From Lama guanicoe (lineage: Eukaryota): a stretch of 64,000 nt of DNA. A program made the translations under genes and the position numbers. This document shows positions 51,630 through 62,418 of this stretch, piece by piece. The first letter of the stretch is position 1. Each line of letters begins with the position of its first letter. The notes beneath the pieces were generated by a model. The model searched no databases and was not told the DNA's origin. It saw nothing but the letters and a program-made list of their open reading frames with translations. The stretch is from positions 12,941,950 to 13,005,949 of the forward strand of contig MU054323.1 in the NCBI GenBank assembly GCA_013239625.1, in the 5' to 3' direction.

Positions 51630-51995
51630 GGCTTCTTTTAAGAGTTTTTCTTCTATCTTTGGTTTTTAGTGACTCTGACATGCCTAGGGGCAATCTTCTT
51701 TGTATTCACCCTGCTTGGGATTTGCTGAGTTTCTTGCATCTGTAGTTTAACATCTTATCAATTTCAGAAAATTCTTAACATTTTTAATATATAAAAATAC
51801 TTCTTTGTCCAATTTTCTCTCTCCTAGTTTTCTGGGGCTTCAATTCCATGTATGTTAGACTATTTGATATTGTTGCCTGGGTTTCTAATATCTTTGTTTT
51901 TAATCTTTTATTTTTTCCCACTGTGCTCTGTTTAGATCACTTATATTGACCTTTCTTCAAAATCTCCAATGCTTTTTTTTTTTTTCCTGTGTCTA
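51630..51995 (-). mobile_element. Old L1 ORF1-region remnant
   Basis: tttgtattcaccctgcttgggatttgctgagtttcttgcatctgt...ccatgtatgttagactatttgatatt. Confidence 0.75.
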
Positions 51996-52177
51996 GAATT
52001 TTCAGGAGTTTAGTTTGGTTACCCCTCTTTGTGTTCACAGCTCTTCACTATTCACTGGCTTTAAAGAGTTAAAGATACAGACAGATATAGATATAGATGT
52101 AGGTATAGATAGATTTTTTTCCCTTGGCAAGAGCAACAGTGTTTCACAATTGTGTACATTTTATGTGGAAGTAGAAC

Positions 52178-52334
52178 CTGCAATTGTTCTTAAATCTCTT
52201 AAATCATCCAGGAAACTTGTTAAAAATTCATATTCCTGAGAAACACCACTAGACACCAGACATACCTAGGGTACTAAAAAAATTCCCTAGATGACTCTGA
52301 TGCAGGAGTTCTCAGGCACTCTTTGAGAAACACT
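52178..52334. mobile_element. MER5-like (hAT-Charlie)
   Basis: aatcatccaggaaacttgttaaaaattcatattcctg...gatgactctgatgcagg...cactctttgagaaacact. Confidence 0.7.
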
Positions 52335-52871
52335 AATTTACTGTCACAAGCCTAAAATCAAAATACGTAGTGGCAGTTAGAAAACAGAAATCAGCTTCAA
52401 TTGAGACCTTAGGAGGACCATCAACAAAGCTGTCAGATTGCTTTACTAAACTCAAATTTAAAAATAGAACAACTTAATTTAAACTAACTGATGTACATGG
52501 AAACTGACACACCCTAAAATTCCAAAAGCCAGGTAGTTATGCCATTTTTATATGGTACTGATTTCATGTTGAACGGTGGCTCCTCAGAGCTAACTGGAGA
52601 CACAATGAGCTTGGGGAGAGGAGAGTATCTTCAGAGCTGTGTGTTGTGTAGGTGGACTTGTGTAATTCTTCAGAGGATCTCTGAAGAGGAATGTGAATTA
52701 TGGAGAACACCTAGCTTTACTATTTCCCAGTAGACCCTAAGGTTTCATGGCCTGGAACAAATACTAAAAGCCAAAGAGTTAACTGACACATTGCGTGACT
52801 TTAATAATAAGTAAGGACTCTAATTTTTAAACAAACATACTAGAAGTTGTACATTCAATGAGCACTGTTCC

Positions 52872-53243
52872 CACTATTTATGATAGCCAAGACATGGACA
52901 CAACCCAAATGTCCATCAACAGGACTGGGTAAAGAAAAGGAGGTATATTTATACAATGGAATACTACTCAGCCATAAAAAAGAGTAAAATTATACCATTT
53001 GCAGCAACATGGATAGGCCTGGAGATCATCATTCTAAGCAAAGTAAGCAAGAAAGGGAAAGAAAAATGCCATATGATATCGCTTACATGTGGAATCTAAA
53101 AAAAAAGACACAAATTACCTACTTATTTATAACTTAGATGATTGATTTCTTGAATAAGTGCAAGCACATTTGACTGTCCTTTTTGATTGGATTACTGCAT
53201 TCTGTTGATTCAAAAAAATAAAGCAAAACAAAACAAAACAAAA
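52872..53243 (+). mobile_element. L1 ORF2-end fragment fused to an atypical 3' tail
   Basis: L1-like sequence 52872-53132 (atagccaagacatggacacaacccaaatgtccatcaaca...), then ~80 bp I do not recognise as L1, AATAAA at 53217-53222 and an (AAAAC)n tail. Confidence 0.85.
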
Positions 53244-53469
53244 GAGTGCTGTCCTCTTGAAAATGGTATAATGCAAAAGGAGAAGTAAATTGAGTATCCC
53301 AGCTTCATTTGTTTGGCTCCCTAAAGAGCTGTGTTTGGGATTCTGAGTCTGAATCTAGCTCAGCAGAAAGAGTGCCTTGCCAGATCGTCTAGCAGCTAGC
53401 AAGGGCTGCCATGAACCTGGTTGGGGACAGTGGAAACACAAGTGCTGTAGATCTGCCCCTCCTGGTCTC

Positions 53470-53682
53470 ATGGTAAGACCCCTGGATTTGAGATTTAAAG
53501 ACTTGAGTTTGATGGCTCTGCTGTTTACCAGCTGTGAGATCTTGTGAAAAGATATTCTGTGCACCTCAATTTCTTTCAATTAATGGCAGTTAATCATAAA
53601 AAATATTTCCACATTCTACTTCAAGAGATCTGTACATGATAGCCCCCTCGATAACCCATAAAGCACTAATTGTTATGTTATT
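53470..53682 (+). mobile_element. MIR
   Basis: tggtaagacccctggatttgag...ggctctgctgtttaccagctgtgagatcttg...gcacctcaatttct. Confidence 0.7.
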
Positions 53683-53839
53683 CTTCAAGGGAGTCACTTT
53701 GGTAGGCTGTGATCTTATTCGCAATAATTTGGTCATTGTACATACTACTTTGAGTACAGTTACAAACAACTTGGGAAGAACACTTTTATGTGTACCTTGT
53801 TTTCGTAATTCAGCTGGATTACCTACAAATTAGTTGATC

Positions 53840-54122
53840 ATGACCTTTGGGTCTGAATGGCATGATTCTTCCCCCAAATTAAAGTCACTATCAATAGAGG
53901 AAGATTTTTCCACCACTGGGTTATTAAATAGAGTATGCCACAGGCTTTTGAAGATTCCTCCCAAGGAGGAATTGCAAAAATGATTTATACAATGGCAGTC
54001 TCATTGCTATTAGAATACAGTCTCCTAAGGACACTATATTAAAGGCCAAAGCTCACTTGAATGTATAACTTTCTGTTAGCTTGTTTAATAAATCAGTCAT
54101 TTTGCATTAAAATCACGGCATG
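53840..54122 (+). mobile_element. MARNA-like mariner fragment (transposase C-terminus and right end)
   Basis: ggaagatttttccaccact...atgccacaggcttttgaagattcctcccaaggaggaattgcaaaaatgattt...caatggcag...cacttgaatgtataac...aaatcagtcatt. Confidence 0.75.
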
Positions 54123-54633
54123 CATAGCAATATTCCCATGCTTTGAATCAGAATGATGCTTACAGGCTGATCCAGCCATAATCTCTAGGAATGCACAGTG
54201 ATGTAAACAAGGAGCCCAGATGAACTCTCAGCTCCTGATAGAAAGGGGACTGGAGGTTTCTGGTGTTTACTGATAATATGTTAATCTCCAAGCAACCAAC
54301 TGTTGGTAGCTCCAGAATGACAAAATATGGGTTTAATACAGCTGCGACAATCCTGTCTGTCCATAAGCACTACTAGGTTAGGGGGCGGCAAGGAATATTG
54401 GCACCAAAGCAAAGGAAGGGAGGAGTGCCTTTCAACATTGGAGTCTGGGCTCCTGAGGGGGACACTGACTTAGCTCTAATCCTGAACTATTGCGGCGGGA
54501 GGGGCGGAACCTCTCTCAGGGGCGAATGGCCTCTGCCCTGGGCCCTGAGCTTTCCAAGGTCATACTGTGGCCTCCCTCTGACCATGAAGAGAAGAGTCCA
54601 CAGGGCCACATGATGTAACCACCTTAAGTCCAC

Positions 54634-55139
54634 TGTGGTAGGAAAAATTCTAAGATGCTACCTTCTTACCCCCTGTGTCTTCCCCTTTCCTGTGATAGGA
54701 CCTATTAATATGATGGATGTCCCCCCTGTGATCAGGTTATGTTATACGGCAAAGGCATTTGGAATATGTAGTTATTGTTCCTATCAGTTGACTGTAAGTT
54801 AATCAAAAGAGAGGTTGTTCCTGCTGGGCCTGACTTGATTGGTCAAATCCCTTAAAAGAGGAACTGAGCCTTTCCTGACAAGAGAGATTCTCCTGCTGGC
54901 CTTGAAGAAGCAAGTTGCTGATAGTTACAGCTGCAAGGAACTAAATTCGGCCAGCAACCAGTGAGCTTGGAAGAGGACCCTGAGCCTCAGATGAGACCCC
55001 AGCTCTGGCTGGCACCTTCATTGCAGCCTGGTGGGACCCAGAGCAGAAGACCCAGCTAAACCATGGCTGGACTCTTGACCCCTGGAAACTACCAGGTCAT
55101 CAGTATCAGTATTTGTAGTGACGTGAGAACACGAATTCA
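54634..55139 (+). mobile_element. MaLR solo LTR (MLT1E-like)
   Basis: tgtggtaggaaaaattctaagatg...tcagttgactgtaagttaatcaaaagagag...gaccctgagcctcagatgagaccccagc. Confidence 0.88.
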
Positions 55140-56154
55140 CTCACGTTCATCTTCTAGTCTAGTGATGCACCAAGCATGGTCTGTTTGCCACTGGTCCACA
55201 GTGAGCTAAACCAATGTTCAGTACCTTCTATGGCAATTTGACACTTCTCAGTCATTTAAGTTGTATTTTATAGAAGTGTTGGTCTGTAGTGGAGAGAACA
55301 CTTTAAAAACACAATAAAAATAGTGCTTCAGCAGAGAAGCATGGTTCCAGCTCGTGATCTGGATGACTAGAACCCCGAGTTCTCTGCACAAAAGTCCCTA
55401 AGGCAGCTCCGAGGGCCTGCCCCATCCTCTTGCTCTGTCTGCCCATCTGAGGGCAGGTAGCGCCACTGATGCACTGACCTTGGGCCTGGGAGTGGCCAAC
55501 GGGCAGGTTTTTATGGGGAAGTGAGGATGGAGCTTAGGCTGTGTGGGCTGGAGTGTCCTAAGGTGATGGAGCCCCTCGAAGTGGTGGCAGGAGATGGGCA
55601 GAGGTGGGGCTGGAGGCCATGGCTCTCTCCCCCCATGCCCTCGCAGAGCTTCCTGACCAAACAGCGGAAGCCCAGGTTTCCCTGATTCAAGTATGGCTTC
55701 TGTGTCACTGTGAAGGTCTGCTGGTCAGTGTAAGAGAAAACATATTTCACTTCCTATTATGTTATCTTGGCTTGTACTTTTTAATATTCTAGACACATGC
55801 AGTGTGGGCTTCTGTCTGTGCTCTTGCATGGTCCTTGCACGTGTTAGGAGTGAGCCTGGAGTGTGGTCTTTTCTCATGACGCTTCCATGTTCTTCCCCTG
55901 GTGCCTCCAAACCTAGACACCTGGGATGCTTAAATGAAGGGCTGTGTTTCTTTGATTTTTTAGTGAGGCCCTGCTATAATGAACACCAAAGGGCTTTCTG
56001 CCCTGATTATGATTAGATTTTTACTTTTTTTTTTTCTCAATTACATGACAGTGGGTCATCCTAGATCCATGATACGCAGCAGGCACCAGGGACGCATTGC
56101 CTTTCTTGAACAACATTTCAGATCCATGGCAGAGGGCGGGTGCATCTGCCACAG

Positions 56155-56606
56155 TGTGGTCGGGTGAGTAGTGGCCCCAAAGATACCTCATTCCTAATCC
56201 GTGCAATTTATGGCTGTTACCTTATGTGTCAGAAGAGGCTGCAAATATGATTCAGTTAAGGATACTGAGGTGGGGAGATTATCTTGGGTTACCTGGGTGG
56301 CCTCTAAATGCAGTCCCAAGCGTCTTTATAAGAGGGAAATGGAGATCTGACTCAGTAGAAGGAAATACGGCCTTGCACTGTGATGCTGCACTGCTGGCTT
56401 TGGAGATGGAACAAGAGGCCACAAGCCAAAGAATGCAACTCTGGAAACTGGAAAAGGTGGAGAAAAAAGAGTCTCCCCCAGAGCCCCCAGGGGAGTGCGG
56501 CCCTGCCAGCACCTGGACCTTGGCCCAGCGAACTGATTCTAGATTCTGACCTCTCAGCCGCCAAGTTTGTGCGAATTTGTTACAGTAGGCCATCGGAACT
56601 AATATG
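56155..56606 (+). mobile_element. MaLR solo LTR (MLT1C/D-like)
   Basis: tgtggtcgggtgagtagtggccccaaagat...gaggtggggagattatc...gagtgcggccctgccagcacct...aatttgttacag...gaactaata. Confidence 0.9.
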
Positions 56607-58029
56607 GCAAAAACTGGGGCTCTTTCTTTCAGTCAGAATTGCAAGTCTGGGGTTTCATTGCCATCACTGTCAGTGTTCTAGGCACTTGTGGAAGCAAGCT
56701 TTGTGGAGCAGGCAGTACACATGAGAGGGTGAGGAAGAGAGTAACACAGGCCCAAAGGATGTGCTTCCAAAGCTGTGTGGATGGCTGGGTCCCAGCTGAC
56801 ACACTACTTTAGAACAAAAGAGTGTTTCCTTAAAATAACTGAAGGAATGTTGGAAAGAACTATGTATGTGTTTGGTTTTATGAATGTCCCACAGTGGACA
56901 TTTATGATGTATCCATCCCTGCTAATAACTTGACTGACAATCAAGGGATGCATTAGACTTCCATCCGTAAATGGTCCTGATCGTACCTGAGAGGGAACTG
57001 GTTTAGGGCTGCCTTCGGAGACTAGATCAAAATTAAAAAGTCAAACTGAGCAAAGGAAAACTCAGGGAGAAACTTAGGGAATAAAATTCCTGATCGAGAT
57101 GTCCCAGCCTGGCGTCCTCTTTTGATCGGCAGGAAATGGTTGAGAAGCCTGTGTCTGAAAGGACTGGGATGTGACCAGGACTTGTGGCAGAAGAGCAGGG
57201 ATCTCACTTCACCGGTCTCCACCGGAGCCCCGGGTCGTCCCAAGGACCGTGGATGCTCTGGAGGCCGAATGAGTGCCAAGCACTGGAGCAGACGAGCCGT
57301 ACTTTCTCTCCCGTCTCCCCTGGGGCTCAGAGGAAAGGCTATTTTGAAAGCAGCTGCTGCACTTTTCCCAAATGTTCTTTCCTTGTTCCCTTCAGCTCCC
57401 AGCCCTTGAACACATTCTCTGTTTTACATTTTATACAGATGTGTGTTTGAGTCCAGCCTGGAAAAGCCTCACTGAATGTTCCTTGGGTAGCACCTCGTGT
57501 CTCCGTGATGGGCTTGTTGCTGCTGACTTTCATCTCTGCTTGACAAATGGTTTTTTTTTTTTATTTTAAAATTTTTTGAATTAGACCTTCTGGCCATGGT
57601 GTTGTCCAAACAGCTGCAAAACCGTCTCACTCAACTAGTCTAACTTTGGATTCAACTCACATCAGAATTAAAAACTGTAGTGAATAGACCTTACTGCCCC
57701 AAATCCATGTCCCTCCTCTGGCTTCCCTGGAGATTGGTGTTTGCCGGTTGTGGATGACAATGATCTGCGTGGTTAGAAGAAAGCTGCCCCCCAGAAACAC
57801 TTTATCTATTTTCTCCGGTGTTCAACACATTCTGCCTGAGACTTATTGCTGTGTGTGCTTTTATCTCCCCTGGGACATGGAGACACTCATGGCCAGGAAA
57901 CACATCTTTCTTATTTCATATTCCACCCTGTTGGTTCCCCACTAACATTCCAGCAGCTGCCTCAGTTCCACGCTTAGTCCACAGAATGAACGGAAATCTT
58001 CACACACTAGTTATTTAACAAATTGGTAA

Positions 58030-58255
58030 CAAACGTCTCTTGAATGCGCAGAACACCTAACCATTTTGACATGTTTTTAAATCTAATGTCTCATTTTACC
58101 TCAACAACATCCCTGTGGACTCAGTATAACTAGCGGTAACAGTTCCCCCAAACAGGTCAGAACATTGAAATCTAGGAAAGTTGTGACTTAAAAAAGGTCA
58201 CGTTGCAAATTATTGGCAGGGTTCACATTAGGATCTTTTTCTTACTCTGCTGTCC
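58030..58255 (-). mobile_element. MIR (degraded)
   Basis: tctcattttacctcaacaacatccctgtgg...gttgtgacttaaaaaaggtcac. Confidence 0.5.
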
Positions 58256-59067
58256 TTACTGGGGAACCAACAGCATGATAGTTTAGTCTGTCTAGTTGAT
58301 GGACAGTGAAGTCATAAACCTTGTTTTTGCGAGGTGGGAGGAGACGGGGACCCAGACATCTGAGTTGGGACCTGGCTGCAAGTCCTGCTGATGGGGCTGG
58401 AACTGTGGTCTCCTGGACTGGAGAGTATCCATCAAACCTTCACTGTATGGAGAGCCCTAAAGGACAGCTGCTAGTTATGAATCACAGCAGATAAATTACA
58501 GTATAAACTTTGCCCTTTTTCTTAATGTAATCTCTTACTTAGACAAGTTATTTTGTTGGGAGTGAGAGTAGGAGGCTCCAGGGACTGGGACTTCCAGAAA
58601 GAGAATCTTACTCTTAGGTGCCTACGAAGACTCACGGAGCCCAGAGGGTGGTACAGACTCTTGCTTCCTTTCCCACCAGGGTCCTGTCGGAGGCCACCCT
58701 GGAGGTTTACTGGGATTTCCCTCCTCACCCACACCCCCTCTGCCCTCGGACCTCCCTTCTCAGGGTCCTCGGTGCTCAGCTGAGTGCTTTCATTCTTAAG
58801 GGACAGCAATCAAATCTTGAGATTTTCTCCAGAGAAACTAAAATCCCCAACTCCACTCACATTTATCTTGCAAATATTAACCACTTGTCATAGCTTGGCA
58901 GCCATGAGTTACTATGCTAACAGTGTCTGTCTCTGCTTAACCTTATAAAAGATGTATTCCCAGCAAATAACTGGTAAGTGAAGGCAAGAGAAGGGTGAGA
59001 AGGGAAAAAAACCCCAGCTTGTCCCACTTAGAGCTTTGGACCATGATCCTATCTCCCACTGTCTCCC

Positions 59068-59295
59068 ACTCATTCATTTAACAAACGTTTGTTGAGGATT
59101 TGCCTTGTGGCAGGAGTTACGTCTGGGATATAAATGTGAACAGGACAGTCTTTGATGTAAGGGAGCTCATGGTTTAGTAAGGAAACGGGTTTAAAGGGAG
59201 GTAGACTTACAGGGACAGAGAAATGCCCAGCATGGCAGGTGAGGAGCACCTGCTGCCCCGAGTGAGGCCACACTTCCTGGAGAAAGGGTTGCTTG
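59068..59295 (-). mobile_element. L2 3' end
   Basis: cattcatttaacaaacgtttgttgagg...ctgggatataaatgtgaacaggacag...ggagctcatggtttagt. Confidence 0.75.
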
Positions 59296-60004
59296 AACTG
59301 CCTCATTTTACAGGTGAGGAAACTGAGGCTCAGCAGAGAACCTGTGGCCAAATCACACTGCGTCCACGTCAGTGTGACGTGGCGTGAAGAAGTCTGGCTT
59401 CATCACGGTGAGAGCCCGGGGGTCGTCGGAGCGGACTTGGAAACAGCGCAGCCCGGGAGACTGAGGAGCACTTCTAGGAACAGGAAGAGGAGCCCCCAGA
59501 GGTAGCCTCAAGGAACGGGAGTGATGCCCTTAGACGTCCACAAAATGAGGTATGAGGGCTCTGGGGTTTGAGCAGATGTCCTTGAGTTGGGTGGGGTGGG
59601 GCAACCGTGGGGCAGGAAGGTTGAAAATGATTTGGGGGAAATTTCATAAAACATCTTCCTTTGCTTTTCCCTGCATTCACGTGTAGCCTCGCGCCACCTA
59701 ACAATGATTAATAAGCTCAGTCTCTAGATACGTCTTTTCATCCCCAAACAGCCCTGCAAGGGAGAGTCTTTCATTATCCCTCCCTCTCTCTCTTTAAAAA
59801 TAGATGAAAGACTGTGGTTTCAGAGGTTTAGTGACTCAGTCCAGAGCGCACCTGGAGTTTGAAGCCTGGTTCTCGGACTTCAGAGGTTCTTCGCTGCCAC
59901 ACTAACACAGAAACCAGAGGCTGCCTTGACGTTAGCGTAAATCCGCAGACATCCAGCATTAGACCAGTACAAAAGGGGGCCTGGGAGTGTACTGGCTGAT
60001 AGTC

Positions 60005-60203
60005 ATTGTCACTAATTAAGAACTTTGTCTTATTAATCCTCACAACATATCTACGAGGACAGCATGGTTATCGCCCCATTTTACGGGTGAGGAAATTAAG
60101 GAGCAGAGATGTTCAGTAACTCGCCCCAGGTCACACAGCTAGTAATGTGTAGGCCAGGATTTGGATCTAGATATGTCAGATTCTGAAGTCCATGTACTCA
60201 CAG
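60005..60203 (-). mobile_element. MIR (further minus-strand MIR pieces at ~59300-59360 and ~59735-59885)
   Basis: taatcctcacaac...ccccattttacgggtgaggaaatt...gtaactcgccccaggtcacacagctagtaa. Confidence 0.88.
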
Positions 60204-60271
60204 CTATAAAAAGTTAAATCATGAAAATTATGAAAATAAGCTAATACCACAAATGTTTTGATATTCTAAAT

Positions 60272-60474
60272 CAGTGATTCTCCACTGGGGCAGTTTTCCT
60301 GTTCAGGGGACATTTGACAGTGTCTGGAGACGTTTTTGATGGTCACAACCGGGAGGGGTTGCTACCAGCATCTAGTGGACACAGGCCAGGAGTCTGCTAA
60401 ACATCCTAATGCACAGGACAGCCCACAACAAAGAGTTCTCAGAATGTCAGGAGTGCTGAGGCTGACAAACCATG
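60272..60474 (+). mobile_element. MER20 (hAT-Charlie)
   Basis: cagtgattctccactggggc...caggggacatttgacagtgtctggagac...gtgctgaggctgacaaaccatg. TSD ttctaaat and tt(ct)ctaaat. Confidence 0.92.
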
Positions 60475-60826
60475 TTCTCTAAATTTAAATACATTTTAAC
60501 GTATTTTGAAGAAATAGCCTATTTTTCACTCTGCTGTGAATTCCTAGATTAAAGGTCAGAGGATCCCGATTGCAGCTTCCTTCCAACGTTTACTTTGCTC
60601 CTTCTAGAACCTTTGGGGCAATGGGACCAGAGGCTCCCATTTCCAGCCTCCACGGGGATAGGTGATGTGAATGCCAGCAGTGGGCCCACCCTCGTCCTGA
60701 GACCTGGTTGAGCCCACCGGGGCAGACCTCACCAGCCTCCAGGTCAGAAGCAAGGACACTGACTCAGGACAGTGGCAAAGGCAGGGTCCTGGAAGGTGGA
60801 GCACCCATTTCTCATTTGCTGGGTAC

Positions 60827-61255
60827 TGTCAACTAAAAAGACAACAACAACAACACCAACAACACACACACGCTAAAAGCTGAGCGTCACGTTTTATTCA
60901 GGGGCCTCACTGAGGACTATAGCCTGGGAGGCAGCCTCTCAGATCGCTCCATGGAAACGGTTCCAAAGACGGAAGGGAGGAGCCAGGGTGTGTGTGAGTT
61001 CCTGCTAGGAATAAAGTATATCGTCAAGCATTAAAAGATCACGAAAAATAGACGTCTCAACGATTTTAGGCTTAAAAACCTCATTGAGGTTTTTTCCTGA
61101 TAAGCATCTTAACTATCTGGAGCCAGTATCCTGTTTTTCCTCCGACCTGAATTCCCCTCAGGGCACACCACTGGGGCAGCTGCAGGGGCTTATGGCTTGA
61201 TGCCAGGCAACATTCATTATTAAACTGAATGACGGGCAACATTTTTTTGTCTGCA
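60827..61255 (-). mobile_element. ERV1 solo LTR, MER41-like cetartiodactyl family
   Basis: TG...CA ends (tgtcaactaaaaa, tttgtctgca), tgaggactatagcctgggaggcagcctctcagat, gccagtatcctgtttttcc. 4-bp TSD GTAC/GTAT. Confidence 0.85.
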
Positions 61256-61979
61256 GTATTCTCCAGGATACAATTCAGCCTTTTCAAGTTTGAAGAACTT
61301 TTTGAATACCAAAATATATCAGGGCTGTGGCAAATTATAATGCAGGTCACACCCTTGGGGAATAATTAGGGCTTGAATCCCTGACATGCCTTGCTCTAAT
61401 TTGTACAAAGACATCGCATGAGCTAGCAAAGATCCAACACTTCAGGTAAAAGTAGCTGACTTTTAGAGTCTTTTGATTGCAAAAATATATGATGACCCCT
61501 TAACTACTCTGAATTTGGTAACATGTTGAAGTGAATTTACATTTTATTAATCACAGCAATGCCTACCCTTTTGAAAGACTGTAATGCCAGTAGCCAGAGG
61601 TTGTTTATTCAGTCTACAGACGCTACTTGGCCCACATGGATTTGTGGACCCTTGAAATAACTCCACATGCAGCCACATGTCAGACAACCCTGCCCTGGAC
61701 CATTGTATACAAAGTCCTTCTATTCCTTAACTTTAGAACTGATTTTAGGGGCAGAGGGCCAGTTGGCAATATATGAAAAATTTTAAACACTATTGTCACA
61801 CAATAAAAAAATGCAAACCTTAAACATTTTCCATTTTCCCAGTTGTTTGAAAGAAATTATCCTTGGATAAAAACCAAAGAAATAATGGCATTATAACTCC
61901 TCTCCCAACCCTCTCTCCTTCCCAAGTGTGCCACAACTTTGTTGTTTCCATATCTGAAGACATCAGTTGTCTGATACAC

Positions 61980-62418
61980 TAGTCCCATCTGATTAAAATA
62001 TAACACAAGTTACATATATATAATGTTAAACTTCCCAGTGGCCACATTAGAGGGGAAGAAGAAAGAGGGGAAATTAATTTTAACAGTGTATTTCATTTAA
62101 ACCATTATATCAAAAAGATTATCATTTCAACCTGTAACTGATATCTTAAAAATTAAGAATAAAGACTAGAAGTAATACACGTGCTGCCACGTGCACTGCG
62201 ACACTGATAACCTCCATGATATAAATCAAAAGTAGCCCTATCAAAACAATAAAGTTGTGTCCTACAGAAAAATACTATACACTGCGTTCCTTTTTAAATT
62301 GAAGATTTAAATGAATTGAAATGAAATAAAATTTGAAATTCCATCCCTCAGGGACCCTGGCCACATTTCGAGTGTGCAGCATCCGCAGGTGGCATGGCTA
62401 CCATATTGGCTGGCACAG
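61980..62418 (+). mobile_element. Charlie5/MER33-like hAT element
   Basis: cagtggccacatta...gaaattaattttaacagtgtatttcattt...attatcatttcaac...ggccacatttcgagtg...ggctaccatattggctggcacag. Confidence 0.8.

Noticed and set aside
56880..56905. Small hairpin AATGTCC...GGACATT
   Set aside because: A 7-bp Watson-Crick stem is expected by chance and is too short for a pre-miRNA.
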